A stretch of 64,000 bases of DNA from assembly GCA_016187485.1 (NCBI GenBank), contig JACPJO010000005.1:226385-290384 (forward strand). Reading direction: 5' to 3'. Of this stretch, positions 15,701 through 25,583 are shown piece after piece. The DNA comes from Candidatus Uhrbacteria bacterium. Its GTDB lineage: Bacteria > Patescibacteriota > Patescibacteriia > UBA9934 > UBA10169. The position numbers were made by a program, and so were the translations under genes. The notes beneath the pieces are model-generated. The model was not told the origin of the DNA, did not search any database, and was given only the letters and a program-made list of their open reading frames with translations. Each line of letters starts with the position of its first letter. The first letter of the stretch is position 1.

Positions 15701-16756
15701 TGATTGAAGGTCCTGGGCAATACGGCGCGCGACACCGATAACAGGAAAAAGCGAACGGATATTTTTTTCAAATTCTTGCCGTCGATTCAGAGCCTCGTGA
15801 ATCTTTGGGAGCAATGATGTCGGGGACGGATCCCGCAGAACAAGAGCCGCCCCGGCTTTTTCTGCAATGTGCGCATTTTTTTCTTGCGCGCCACGGAGAG
15901 GGACAAGCACCGCCGCTTTCCCGCCGGCCACCACATCAGCAAGCGCACCCATGCCCGCACGCGTCACCACCACATCGGCCAGCGCCATCGCGTGACTATA
16001 CGTTTCTTGCAGTTCCTCATGAACTACGTAGCCGTCCGGTTGCACACGCCCGATAAAAATATGCTTCCCCTTTCCCGTCAGGTGGATGACATTGTACGCC
16101 TGCGTTAACGTCATCGCCGCAGCTTCAAAACAATGATTCAAAGAGGATGACCCTAACCCTCCACCAAGAACCAGAATCGTTGGACGATGTTCCGTAAGAG
16201 AAGGGAACGCCGCACGCGCTGTTTCGCGCGATGGCAGATGTGTGCGGTCCGCGCTTATCGCCATCCCCACTACTCGTACATCTGCACCAAACTGCCGTCG
16301 TGTCCCTTCCCACACACCATAGAATCTATCGGCAATCGGAGCAATCAAACGATTGGCAAGCCCGGGTTTTACATCAAGCTGGTAGGCCATAACCCGCGCG
16401 CGACACCCTTTTCCCGCCCAGACGAGCGGCACGCTTACGTAGCTGCCAGCCGAGAGAATCCACGCGGGGCGAAGACGCTGGACAAGTCGCCACGATAACC
16501 ACAAAGACCTCACCGTGCGGGGAAGGATAAGAAGCCACGAAAGACTCGGGTAGCGTGTGAGCTTCGGCGCAGAAAGCGCGTAAAACGGTATGCCGGCCGC
16601 GCGCACAAACCGCTCCTCCGGCCCCTCATGCGTCCCCGCCCAGACAAATTCCACGGATGCATCAAGAGCGCGCCACGCTTCCGCAATGGCAAGAAGCGGT
16701 GTCACGGAACCGAGCGTCCCTCCGCCTGTTAAAAGAATAATTTTACCTTCTTGCAT
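15665..16756 (-). CDS. murG: undecaprenyldiphospho-muramoylpentapeptide beta-N-acetylglucosaminyltransferase (MurG)
   Basis: Start placed at MQEGKIILLTGGGTLGSVTPLLAIAEAW (MurG N-terminal G-loop); GT28 C-terminal domain. The last ~12 codons overlap tRNA-Lys on the opposite strand. Confidence 0.8.
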   Translation of the reverse strand: MQEGKIILLTGGGTLGSVTPLLAIAEAWRALDASVEFVWAGTHEGPEERFVRAAGIPFYALSAPKLTRYPSLSWLLILPRTVRSLWLSWRLVQRLRPAWILSAGSYVSVPLVWAGKGCRARVMAYQLDVKPGLANRLIAPIADRFYGVWEGTRRQFGADVRVVGMAISADRTHLPSRETARAAFPSLTEHRPTILVLGGGLGSSSLNHCFEAAAMTLTQAYNVIHLTGKGKHIFIGRVQPDGYVVHEELQETYSHAMALADVVVTRAGMGALADVVAGGKAAVLVPLRGAQEKNAHIAEKAGAALVLRDPSPTSLLPKIHEALNRRQEFEKNIRSLFPVIGVARRIAQDLQSWCAGRGSDPRP

Positions 16757-17852
16757 AGCGTGAAACATTAAGGACAACGCCGATTGCGCCCATCGTAATG
16801 GCAAGTGATGTGCCACCGTAACTCACAAGGGGGAGCGTCACACCCGTGATAGGCAGAAGGCTCATCATCGCGCCAATGTTCACGAACGCCTGGAGAACAA
16901 GCCACGAGACAATCCCTACCACAACGTAGCGGCCGAAGCGGTCTGGCGCGCCGGCAGCAATACGTAAGCCTCGCAGAAACAGTGCGACAAAAAGAAGGAT
17001 GAGAGGAACGGTGAAAAGAAACCCAAGCTCTTCGGCAATAACCGCAAAGATCGAATCCCCAACCACTTCCGGCAGATATTGGAATTTTTGAATGGAGTGA
17101 CCAAACCCTCGCCCGATCCACCCGCCCGTTCCAATAGCAAGAAGTGCCTGATTCACATGATACCCGATCCCAAGTGGATCACGGAGTGGGTCTAGAAAAG
17201 CAACAAAGCGGGCCAGACGATACGGCGCAACCAGCACAAGAATCCCTACAATGAAAGCACCGGCACACGCCAGAATCCCCACGTGCGAGAGGCGCGCGCC
17301 CGCCGCAAAGAATACCGCAAGCGCCATCGCGGCGAGAATGACCATCGTCCCCACGTCTGGCTGGAGGGCCATGAGAAACAAGATGATGCCGAGCACTGTC
17401 GCAAACGGCAAAAGCCCCGATGAAAGGTCTTGTACATTTGATGTGTCACGCCGCTCAAGCCACGCTGCCAAATAAAACAAGAACGTCAACTTCACAATCT
17501 CTGCCGGTTGAAGAGAAAACAACCCGCCAAATTGAATCCATGATTGCGAGGTGCCAAACTCCGCGCGCAATCCGGGAATAAAAACGAGCACCAGCAGAAC
17601 GATGCTCACGAGAAGAAGCTCCCACGCCCATGTGCGCCACCACTGATACGGAAGGCGTGAAAGGACAATCATGATGGCAAGTCCCGGGAGAAATCCGAAG
17701 ATCAGCTGATGTTTCAAAAAGTAATACGTATCTCCAAACTGCGCGTATCCTGTCGGCCCGCCCGCGGAGGCCAACATGAGAAGACCAAGCACCAATAACG
17801 CGACGGCAACAAGGAGAAACGGAACGTCCATGCCATGTGCGCTCCCCCGCAT
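16743..17852 (-). CDS. ftsW: SEDS-family peptidoglycan glycosyltransferase FtsW/RodA
   Basis: Ten-TM SEDS protein with C-terminal PITGVTLPLVSYGGTSL; dcw context. Start is uncertain (Met15 or Met22 of the track ORF). Confidence 0.75.
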   Translation of the reverse strand: MRGSAHGMDVPFLLVAVALLVLGLLMLASAGGPTGYAQFGDTYYFLKHQLIFGFLPGLAIMIVLSRLPYQWWRTWAWELLLVSIVLLVLVFIPGLRAEFGTSQSWIQFGGLFSLQPAEIVKLTFLFYLAAWLERRDTSNVQDLSSGLLPFATVLGIILFLMALQPDVGTMVILAAMALAVFFAAGARLSHVGILACAGAFIVGILVLVAPYRLARFVAFLDPLRDPLGIGYHVNQALLAIGTGGWIGRGFGHSIQKFQYLPEVVGDSIFAVIAEELGFLFTVPLILLFVALFLRGLRIAAGAPDRFGRYVVVGIVSWLVLQAFVNIGAMMSLLPITGVTLPLVSYGGTSLAITMGAIGVVLNVSRYARR

Positions 17853-17853
17853 A

Positions 17854-18915
17854 TTATGGCCGCAAGAGAACATCGAGCACCGCCAACGCCACACCCATCC
17901 CCGCCGCCACCATCGAAATTACCCATGCGCGCATGACAATCTTTGGCTCGGGCCACCCAACCGCCTCTAAGTGATGATGAAGCGGCGAAGAAAGAAAAAG
18001 TTTTTTCTTACGGATCCTTTTGGAGAACATCTGAAGGATACTCGAAAGCGATTCGATCACAAAAATAATACCGATAAGCGGCAGGAGAAGTGGCTGGTTT
18101 GTGAGCATGGCGATAACGCCAAGCGTAATGCCAAGCGACATAGACCCGGTGTCCCCCATGAAAAAACGTGCGGGATGAATATTGAACCACAGAAACGCCA
18201 AGAGCCCGCCGACCACGGCCGCACAGAGCGCGGCCAAAAATTCTCGGCCTTGCAGCAAGGCAATCGCCCCATAGGCACCAAACGAGGTGAGAAGGGCGCC
18301 GCCGGCCAGTCCATCAAGCCCGTCGGTTTGGTTCACAGAAAACGCCGTGGCTACAAGAATAAACGCGAACACGGGTATATACCACGGCCCAAGCGCCCAA
18401 TCTCCTACAAAGGGAATGTGCAAAGTGTCCCAATCCAACTTTGCATAGAACCACCAGGCGCCGACCAGAGCAATGGCAGTGAAAATAAGCAGACGATGGC
18501 GCGCGCGGAGGCCGCCGCCGTGTTTCCCGATACCCCGCGCATTCAAATAATCGTCCAGAAGTCCTACAACCGCCGAAGCAACAAGGGCCCCCAGCGGGAG
18601 CCACGTCTGCGATCGCACAAAAAAATTCAAGCGGTCCCAAAGGGCATTGGGAAACACGTCGGCGCCAGAAAGAAACGCAATGCCAAGAGAAAGTATCAGC
18701 ACCGGAATCCAGACGACAACGCCTCCCATTGTGGGAGTCCCCGCTTTCTTGGCATGAAGTGCGTGCATGATCGGCGCCTCTTTGGCGTCCCGAATGGTCT
18801 TCCCCATACGATAACGGTAAAGGATGTGCGTGACCACGGGTGTGATTGCCATCGAAACGCCGAAGGTCAAAACACTCACAAAGAGCACCCGCACCATAGC
18901 AAATGCTTGGACCAT
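17854..18915 (-). CDS. mraY: phospho-N-acetylmuramoyl-pentapeptide transferase (MraY)
   Basis: MraY-like polytopic protein. Start placed at MVQAFAMVRVLF so that it does not overlap the upstream gene. Confidence 0.8.
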   Translation of the reverse strand: MVQAFAMVRVLFVSVLTFGVSMAITPVVTHILYRYRMGKTIRDAKEAPIMHALHAKKAGTPTMGGVVVWIPVLILSLGIAFLSGADVFPNALWDRLNFFVRSQTWLPLGALVASAVVGLLDDYLNARGIGKHGGGLRARHRLLIFTAIALVGAWWFYAKLDWDTLHIPFVGDWALGPWYIPVFAFILVATAFSVNQTDGLDGLAGGALLTSFGAYGAIALLQGREFLAALCAAVVGGLLAFLWFNIHPARFFMGDTGSMSLGITLGVIAMLTNQPLLLPLIGIIFVIESLSSILQMFSKRIRKKKLFLSSPLHHHLEAVGWPEPKIVMRAWVISMVAAGMGVALAVLDVLLRP

Positions 18916-18916
18916 A

Positions 18917-19318
18917 TTAACTGTTGAGGAGAAGAAGAAAGACGACCGCGACCGCAAGGCCCACGTGCACAAGCCCGAGCCCCCACAAAAAGGCGCCGAT
19001 CATAACACGTGAACCGTATGCTTCAAAACGCGGCAAAAGCGCGCCATGAAGAGCCGTGGCCGCAAGTCCAATAATCGGGATACTCAATCCAAGCCACCAC
19101 GGCCCGTAACGATCAATACCGGTGAACACATTATAATGGAGAGGGATAAAAACCTCGCTCTCGCCTCTTGGATACAGGCGCCACAGAAGCAGCATTGCAC
19201 TCACAAGTGGAAGAACGATGCCAAGAAGAAAGGGCGAGCGTGTCGGCCATTTCGCGTGCGAGAAGAACGCACCGCGAGCGCGCCAAAAAAGAAAAAACTG
19301 TTCACGCCGTTGTCTCAT
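18917..19318 (-). CDS. hypothetical small membrane protein
   Basis: 133 aa with 3-4 predicted TM helices; no recognisable motif. Confidence 0.35.
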   Translation of the reverse strand: MRQRREQFFLFWRARGAFFSHAKWPTRSPFLLGIVLPLVSAMLLLWRLYPRGESEVFIPLHYNVFTGIDRYGPWWLGLSIPIIGLAATALHGALLPRFEAYGSRVMIGAFLWGLGLVHVGLAVAVVFLLLLNS

Positions 19319-19550
19319 AGGTATCGTCCACGGCCTCTACACTGCGTACAGCGGGAAGAGAGTCACAGAGCAGAGATTCAATTCCCATCTTAAGCGTTAA
19401 AGAGGAGAGCGGACACCCCTTGCAGGCGCCGTGAAATCGGATAAACACCGTGCCAGACTTTGCATCGAAAGACACAAACTCAAGACTCCCGCCATGCCGC
19501 GCAAGGGCGGGTTTTGCTTCCTCAAGAAGAGCTTGGATTTCCGCTTCCAT
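19302..19550 (-). CDS. NifU/Nfu-like Fe-S cluster scaffold domain protein
   Basis: MEAEIQALLEE...IRFHGACKGCPLSSLTLKMGIE matches the Nfu C-terminal domain signature GACxGC. Start placed at the internal Met. Confidence 0.6.
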   Translation of the reverse strand: MEAEIQALLEEAKPALARHGGSLEFVSFDAKSGTVFIRFHGACKGCPLSSLTLKMGIESLLCDSLPAVRSVEAVDDTYETTA

Positions 19551-19608
19551 GCGAGAGCTATGGTAGCAAAAACGAGGCTCTCCGTCGAACCTCGTTCTTT
19601 CATTTGTC

Positions 19609-19902
19609 TTAAGCGGCCACGGGTTGAAAGGGCTCAATGTGGACGTAGGTGCGGCGTTTCAGAGCTCCCGAATGTGTGGCCGATCGCTTTTGATTGAAAC
19701 GGACGATGCCCGTGATTGCTGCGTAGAGCGTGTCGTCTCCCCCGCGACGTACAAAACGTCCCGGGTGAACCGTCGTACCGCGTTGACGGACCAAAATAGC
19801 GCCGGCGTGTGCTTTTGCACCGTCAGAAAGTTTTACGCCAAGCCGTTTAGATTGGGACTCCCGGCCGTTTTGTGTAGAACCAGCCGCTTTTTTATGGGCC
19901 AT
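19609..19902 (-). CDS. rpmA: 50S ribosomal protein L27
   Basis: [24 protein letters not shown]...VRQRGT is the canonical bL27 N-terminus. Confidence 0.85.
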   Translation of the reverse strand: MAHKKAAGSTQNGRESQSKRLGVKLSDGAKAHAGAILVRQRGTTVHPGRFVRRGGDDTLYAAITGIVRFNQKRSATHSGALKRRTYVHIEPFQPVAA

Positions 19903-19988
19903 ACAAATTTGAGAGGGTAAAAAGGATGGTGAGAAAGGTACCGGATAAGGGAATTTTTGTCAAAGCCAACTGGCTGCCTTGAGCACCT

Positions 19989-20543
19989 TTATCGCGGAAC
20001 CGGTCTTACGGTTTTCAACATCTCCATGACTTCTTCTTTGGATACAACGGGATTTGACATCCATGGAGCATCATAATTCTCTGGGGGCGGCTCTGTGCTT
20101 TCAACACCAAGAAAGACAAAATAATCGTGCGCGCTCTCCGCATCGTCTTTCACATCCATCGCCACACCAAACCAACATCCCCCACATGCGCCAGTATAAA
20201 ACGTGGCGTTTTGTGTTGTTGCAATAGGTGTCTGCCCTCTATAGATCGATATGTCTTCTGGGGCAATCTGCATAACAAGTTTCGTCTGATATGGTTTCTC
20301 CGCGACAAGAATCTTTGTTGTTGATATCGTCTTCCCTGGTTTTCGTTCAAAAGACTCGACCTTCCACCCAGTAGGAAGAGTAAGCAGCACGTTTCCATCG
20401 CCAAAGGTTTCCCCGGTCAAAACAGAGGCGCTCGATGACGAAGAGACGCCGGAGTTTATCGGCACCTGCGTTTTTTGTGCGCATCCTGCCCCCAACAAAA
20501 GGAGTGGGACAAGGATCCAAAAAGTTCTATTCATAGAGAACAT
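19989..20543 (-). CDS. hypothetical lipoprotein
   Basis: Signal peptide with a lipobox (LLLGAGCAQ); no other recognisable motifs. Confidence 0.45.
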   Translation of the reverse strand: MFSMNRTFWILVPLLLLGAGCAQKTQVPINSGVSSSSSASVLTGETFGDGNVLLTLPTGWKVESFERKPGKTISTTKILVAEKPYQTKLVMQIAPEDISIYRGQTPIATTQNATFYTGACGGCWFGVAMDVKDDAESAHDYFVFLGVESTEPPPENYDAPWMSNPVVSKEEVMEMLKTVRPVPR

Positions 20544-20561
20544 GGTTGGGCCACAAAGCGC

Positions 20562-20888
20562 TTACGGCGTAATCTGCGGAAACACTTGAATGGCGCGCAC
20601 AGCATCAATCTCGTCCTTTGGGAGAACCTTGAATTTTTCAAGACCTTCCAAGAGGCGCCTAAAGCGATTATCTTCCTTACGCTGACGAGCCACAATGGAA
20701 CCCTCAAGATCAGCCAACTTATCATCCATGTGATCTAGAATGCGATGCTCCATAACACGAAGATCTTCCTTTGTCGCGAAGGACTTCGCATCATCTTTCG
20801 TAACAAAAGACTTCGCATCTTCCTTTGTAACCATATTCTCCTGAAGAAACTCCAGAAGCTCATTTGTTGTAATATCGCGATCCGTCAT
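20562..20888 (-). CDS. hypothetical protein with an in-frame 7-aa tandem repeat (KEDAKSFV/TKDDAKSFA)
   Basis: 108-aa ORF; a 21-23 bp direct DNA repeat at 20764-20831. Confidence 0.35.
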   Translation of the reverse strand: MTDRDITTNELLEFLQENMVTKEDAKSFVTKDDAKSFATKEDLRVMEHRILDHMDDKLADLEGSIVARQRKEDNRFRRLLEGLEKFKVLPKDEIDAVRAIQVFPQITP

Positions 20889-20913
20889 ATATCCACAGTC
20901 TACTCTCCTAAAT

Positions 20914-22539
20914 TTACTTCTTCAACGCCGCTTTGATAAACTCTCGAAATAACGGATGCGGATGCAGAGGGCGGGAGAGAAATTCGGGATGAAACTGCAC
21001 GCCCACAAACCACGGGTGTTTTTTAAGCTCAATGATCTCTACAAGTCCTGACTCCGGATTCACCCCCGATATCACCAGTCCTTTACGCTCCATGTCTGCG
21101 CGATAGTCGTTGTTGAATTCGTAACGGTGGCGATGACGCTCGGAGATATGCGACTTTTTATACGCCCGGAACGTTTTCGATCCGCGCGCGACATCACACG
21201 CATAAGCCCCAAGTCGCATGGTCCCGCCATAACGATTCTTGCGGACATTTTCTTCCTGTTTGGGATTGATGTGAATAATAGGGTCTGGTGTTTTCGGATC
21301 CACCTCAACCGTATGCGCCCTTTTCTTTCCGAGTACGTGCCGCGCAAACTCCACGCACGCCAACTGCATGCCGTAACACAAACCAAAATAGGGAATCTTC
21401 TGCTCACGCGCATAACGAATCGCCGCGATAACCCCCTCAATCCCCCGCGTGCCAAATCCTCCCGGCACCAATACTCCGCCAAAATTCCTCAATTCGGCCA
21501 CTTTGCGCGTTCCGTCTTCGAACTCCTCCGAATTAATCCATGTGAGCTCCGCACGGATACCATTTGCCCACGCGGCATGCTTCAGTGCCTGGATCACAGA
21601 AATATACGAATCCGAAAGTGTGTAATCCCCCGTGTTGAAATATTTTCCCACCACGGCAATCCGCACAGCGCGTTTTGCGTGCAGAGAAACATGTACCATT
21701 TTTTTCCAGGCATTCATGTTTGCGCGCCGCGGAGGAAGACCAAGCTTACGCAGTATATGCGCGCCCATCCCCTGCTCCTCAAGACGCAGAGGGATCTCAT
21801 AAATGCTCGGCACGTCAGGAGCAGAAATCACATCATCGGGTTTCACGTTGCATAAGATGGAGAGCTTCTCGCGGCGCGGCCGATCCATGTCCTGCTCTCC
21901 ACGGCACACAATAAAATCCGGGTGAATTCCTGCCGAGTTGAGTGAGCGTGTAGCGTATTGGGTCGGCTTCGTTTTCATTTCGCCCAGATGTCGAGGTACA
22001 GGCAGATAACTCACCAGAACAAAGAGTACATCATCTGGTTGCTCCAGGTGCAGCATGCGTGCAGCCTCCAAAAAAAGAATGTTCTGGTACTCCCCCACCG
22101 TGCCACCAACTTCTACAATCGTCACGTCCGCTTGGTTCATTTTTGCCGCACGTTTGATGCGGTCAATCACCTCAAGAGGGATATGCGGAACGACTTCCAC
22201 ACACTTCCCGTGATACCCAAGGTTGCGCTCGCGCTCGATCACCGACAGATACACGCGCCCCGTTGTCATGTAATTCGTCGAAAGAAGGTCGGTGTCTAAA
22301 AACCGTTCATAGTTCCCCATATCCTGATCCGTCTCATCCCCATCGTTCGTCACAAATACTTCTCCATGTTCGACAGGATTCATGGTGCCGGCATCCACAT
22401 TCACATACGGATCAATCTTGATGGCGGTGACGCGATACCCCCGCGCTTGCATAATGCGTCCGATAGACGCCGTCGTCACTCCCTTGCCCACGCCAGACAT
22501 GACCCCGCCAATAACGAAAATAAATTTATGGTGCTTCAT
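20914..22539 (-). CDS. pyrG: CTP synthase
   Basis: N-terminal MKHHKFIFVIGGVMSGVGKGV synthetase domain plus a C-terminal glutamine amidotransferase domain (GLCYGMQ, Cys-His). Confidence 0.9.
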   Translation of the reverse strand: MKHHKFIFVIGGVMSGVGKGVTTASIGRIMQARGYRVTAIKIDPYVNVDAGTMNPVEHGEVFVTNDGDETDQDMGNYERFLDTDLLSTNYMTTGRVYLSVIERERNLGYHGKCVEVVPHIPLEVIDRIKRAAKMNQADVTIVEVGGTVGEYQNILFLEAARMLHLEQPDDVLFVLVSYLPVPRHLGEMKTKPTQYATRSLNSAGIHPDFIVCRGEQDMDRPRREKLSILCNVKPDDVISAPDVPSIYEIPLRLEEQGMGAHILRKLGLPPRRANMNAWKKMVHVSLHAKRAVRIAVVGKYFNTGDYTLSDSYISVIQALKHAAWANGIRAELTWINSEEFEDGTRKVAELRNFGGVLVPGGFGTRGIEGVIAAIRYAREQKIPYFGLCYGMQLACVEFARHVLGKKRAHTVEVDPKTPDPIIHINPKQEENVRKNRYGGTMRLGAYACDVARGSKTFRAYKKSHISERHRHRYEFNNDYRADMERKGLVISGVNPESGLVEIIELKKHPWFVGVQFHPEFLSRPLHPHPLFREFIKAALKK

Positions 22540-22548
22540 AAAGACAAA

Positions 22549-22998
22549 TCAGCCGGTCGGGGCTGATTCGATAGTAAGACGGATGTTGGCTTCAAAGCCG
22601 CCATCAAAATTGATGAGAACCGGATACTCTCCCGTACTCTTGATCGGCCGCATCTCCACTTGCTCGGGCGACACGGCATATCCCTCTTTGCGAAGAGCCT
22701 TTGCGACATCTTTTTCATGCACTGCTCCGTAGAGAGCGCCCTCTGGGGTAGCTTTAAACGCCAACGTCATCTCGAGTCCATCCAGTTTCGCCGCCAATGC
22801 ACGGGATCCTTTTTCTGTATTCTTTTTTTCCCGCACGCGCGCGGCTGCCTGTGCTTTCATTTTAGCAAGCGCCGCCGGAGATGCTTCTACCGCGATATGC
22901 TCCGGGAACAAAAAGTTAAGCGCGTAGCCGGGCGCAACGTTCACCACGTCACCCACATGGCCTAACCCCTTATGTTCTTTTTGCAGAATCACCTTCAT
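22549..22998 (-). CDS. rplI: 50S ribosomal protein L9
   Basis: MKVILQKEHKGLGHVGDVVNVAPGYALNFLFP is the bL9 N-terminal domain. Confidence 0.85.
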   Translation of the reverse strand: MKVILQKEHKGLGHVGDVVNVAPGYALNFLFPEHIAVEASPAALAKMKAQAAARVREKKNTEKGSRALAAKLDGLEMTLAFKATPEGALYGAVHEKDVAKALRKEGYAVSPEQVEMRPIKSTGEYPVLINFDGGFEANIRLTIESAPTG

Positions 22999-23009
22999 AA
23001 ACGATGGGA

Positions 23010-23738
23010 TTATAGCACAGCCTCACTTCCTTTCCATTCTGCATATAGTTTGCCCGCAGCCGCAACGGCAAATGGAGGCACGAGAATATGTACGCCCGGA
23101 ATAAGGAGGAGGAGCACGAGAGGAAGTGCGAAAGCGGCCACGGATACCGGGTGAGTAAGAAGCAGACGAACACGCGCGGGAAATCGCTCTCCTTGCAAGG
23201 TGAACGCCTCGCCGAAAAACTCAAAAGCAAGCAAGAGGGCGCCGAGCAGAATCACTCCAATGGCATAGATGAGAGAACCGATCCCGGGCAAAACATTGAT
23301 GAGGAGAAGAAGCGTGTGGCCCAAGAGAAACAGAAGAATAAGCTGGATGGTGTAGACGATACCGCGTTGTATCTCCTGCCAAGCGGACACTTCCTTTGTT
23401 ATCATCCCTGCCTCGTGCAAAACAGCACGGGCAATGTCCCCATACCACGGAGCACCGATAATAAGCGTTGTGGCGCTAAAGAAAAGAATACCCATTATAA
23501 GGATAACGAGTCCTAACAGAATCCCTGCGCCAATCGCAAGAGCACTCGTGAGCGTCCCGGCAGGAATAAGAAAGGCAAACAACGCCATCCCTCCCCATAC
23601 CCCCAGACCAACAAAGAGAATAAGGAGAACCGCGTTTATAAGCGCCGGTACCCACAACAGACGACGGCGATCCGCCGAATCCATCACGAACCGCCAGCTC
23701 CAGGCAAACGCCCTAAGACTTTTCTGCACCTCCTTCAT
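23010..23738 (-). CDS. hypothetical polytopic membrane protein
   Basis: About 240 aa with 6 or more TM helices; start uncertain; overlaps the Nudix gene start region. Confidence 0.4.
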   Translation of the reverse strand: MKEVQKSLRAFAWSWRFVMDSADRRRLLWVPALINAVLLILFVGLGVWGGMALFAFLIPAGTLTSALAIGAGILLGLVILIMGILFFSATTLIIGAPWYGDIARAVLHEAGMITKEVSAWQEIQRGIVYTIQLILLFLLGHTLLLLINVLPGIGSLIYAIGVILLGALLLAFEFFGEAFTLQGERFPARVRLLLTHPVSVAAFALPLVLLLLIPGVHILVPPFAVAAAGKLYAEWKGSEAVL

Positions 23739-24267
23739 AGGGACGAAGATGATAGCGGCGTTCAATGGTGCGAATCGCCTGCCGGACAATGTCTTCCATA
23801 TTTTCGTAGCTCGACCGTTTCAGGACGTCGTACATAGGCACCCACAGCCCGCGTTTGATCTGCTCACCGTGTCCGCCGAGACGCCGTTCAATGCGAATGT
23901 TGGCATGGCGATCCGTCTCGAACAAATAGTAATGGATGAACTTGTGAATCAGATACCCCTTGTAAACGAATCGATCACGGAACCAGATGTCGTTCGTTCC
24001 AAGACGCCGAAGCAACCGCAGATTGCGCACGCCCATCTCTTCATAAATTTCGCGCGCGGCGCATTCCACCAACCGTTCTCCTCGACGCACATGTCCCTTC
24101 GGGAACGCGAGCTTGCCATAAGAATCCACGATCATCGCAAACACCACGCCACGTTGCGTGCGCTTAAACACGATACCGCCCGCCGCAACTTCACGGCGCA
24201 TCTTGGGCGCAGGTTTCGCCGCGGGTTCCTGTTCGTGGAGTTCAGTTTCTACCGGCAAGGTTTGCAT
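23713..24267 (-). CDS. Nudix hydrolase
   Basis: GHVRRGERLVECAAREIYEEMGV Nudix box. Confidence 0.7.
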   Translation of the reverse strand: MQTLPVETELHEQEPAAKPAPKMRREVAAGGIVFKRTQRGVVFAMIVDSYGKLAFPKGHVRRGERLVECAAREIYEEMGVRNLRLLRRLGTNDIWFRDRFVYKGYLIHKFIHYYLFETDRHANIRIERRLGGHGEQIKRGLWVPMYDVLKRSSYENMEDIVRQAIRTIERRYHLRPYEGGAEKS

Positions 24268-25489
24268 ACGTTCCTAAAATGATTTCCCCCGCCGCTTCCA
24301 TCTGCGGGTCTTCCCCTGCTGCCGCATCTTCTGCCGTAAACGCTACAGAAATATCCGGTGTAATCCCCACTTCGTGAATGGAATGGCCATTTGGCGTAAG
24401 CCATTCCGCCACGGTTAGCTTCACAGATGAATCATCCGGCAGTGTTTGGTAGTCCTGCACAGAGCCTTTGCCAAAGGTCTGTTCTCCCACAATCGTTGCC
24501 AGACCATAATCCTGAAGAGCCCCGGCAAAAATTTCCGACGCACTCGCCGAGCCGCCATTGACCAGCACCACGGTCTTCATCTCGGCAAGACGCGCCTGCC
24601 CCGACGCGCGGATAGGCGTGTCCACACCCCGTACGCGCTCGATCACCGCCGGTCGACCGGCAACCCACTCGCCGGTAATACGCACGACTTCATCAAGCAG
24701 ACCGCCGGGGTTGTTGCGGACATCCACCACGATCCCCCTTACATCCTTCGTGAGAATGTCTTGCACCGCCTCCTCAAAGAGAGAGAACACCTCTTCGTTA
24801 AAGAATACGATAGTGATGCGCGCCACGTTATCTTCTCCCACTTCCCACTTCACACTTTTTATGCGAATGGTGCCGCGCGTAATCGTGCTCTCAAATGCTT
24901 CGCCACGCCCATCGCGCGCAAAAAGAATTGTCACAGCTGTCCCTCCCGGACCGCGGATTTTTCGCACAGCGTCTTCCACCGTCATACCAGACGTATCCTC
25001 TCCATCGATAGCAAAAATCTTGTCGCCTGCCAGCACACCGGCTCGGGATGCGGGAGTTTCAGGAAGCGGTGCGATCACTTGAAGCTGCTCATCGCGAATG
25101 CCAATTTCCATCCCCACTCCCTCGAAACTTCCATTCAGCTCTTCTTGAAATGCTTCTGTATCTTCGGGGTTAAAGAATGTGGAGTACGGATCTCCGGCCC
25201 CCGCCACAAGTCCACGAAGGGCGCCATAAAATAATTCCTTGTCGGACACCGGCTGGCGATAGTAATTGTCCTTGATGTAGTTCCACACATCCCAGAAGAG
25301 ACCGAAATCGACATCCTCGGAAAAGGAGGGGCTGGCAAAGTTGCCGATCCCAAGAACACGCCCTTCCCCCTCTGGCACACGCGCGCGGCCGCTTGTCTCA
25401 CGCCCCACAAAAAACCCCGTGGCAAATCCGACAATAATCAGCACGGCAAAAAAGAGGCCCAAGACTGATCGGGAAAATGTTCGCTTCAT
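24242..25489 (-). CDS. S41 family carboxyl-terminal processing protease (Ctp/Prc-like) with PDZ domain
   Basis: TM anchor, PDZ region, and the S41 motif GGSASASEIFAGALQDYGLATIVGEQTFGKGSVQ. Start placed at MKRTFSRSVLGLFF. Confidence 0.75.
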   Translation of the reverse strand: MKRTFSRSVLGLFFAVLIIVGFATGFFVGRETSGRARVPEGEGRVLGIGNFASPSFSEDVDFGLFWDVWNYIKDNYYRQPVSDKELFYGALRGLVAGAGDPYSTFFNPEDTEAFQEELNGSFEGVGMEIGIRDEQLQVIAPLPETPASRAGVLAGDKIFAIDGEDTSGMTVEDAVRKIRGPGGTAVTILFARDGRGEAFESTITRGTIRIKSVKWEVGEDNVARITIVFFNEEVFSLFEEAVQDILTKDVRGIVVDVRNNPGGLLDEVVRITGEWVAGRPAVIERVRGVDTPIRASGQARLAEMKTVVLVNGGSASASEIFAGALQDYGLATIVGEQTFGKGSVQDYQTLPDDSSVKLTVAEWLTPNGHSIHEVGITPDISVAFTAEDAAAGEDPQMEAAGEIILGTYANLAGRN

Positions 25490-25583
25490 AATCTCCCCCA
25501 GTGTACCGGAGGCCTTGACCCTGGTCAAAGGAATTGGTAGAGTCGCTGGTCTGCAGGAGTCTTTCTGCAGAAAGGAGCGCACG

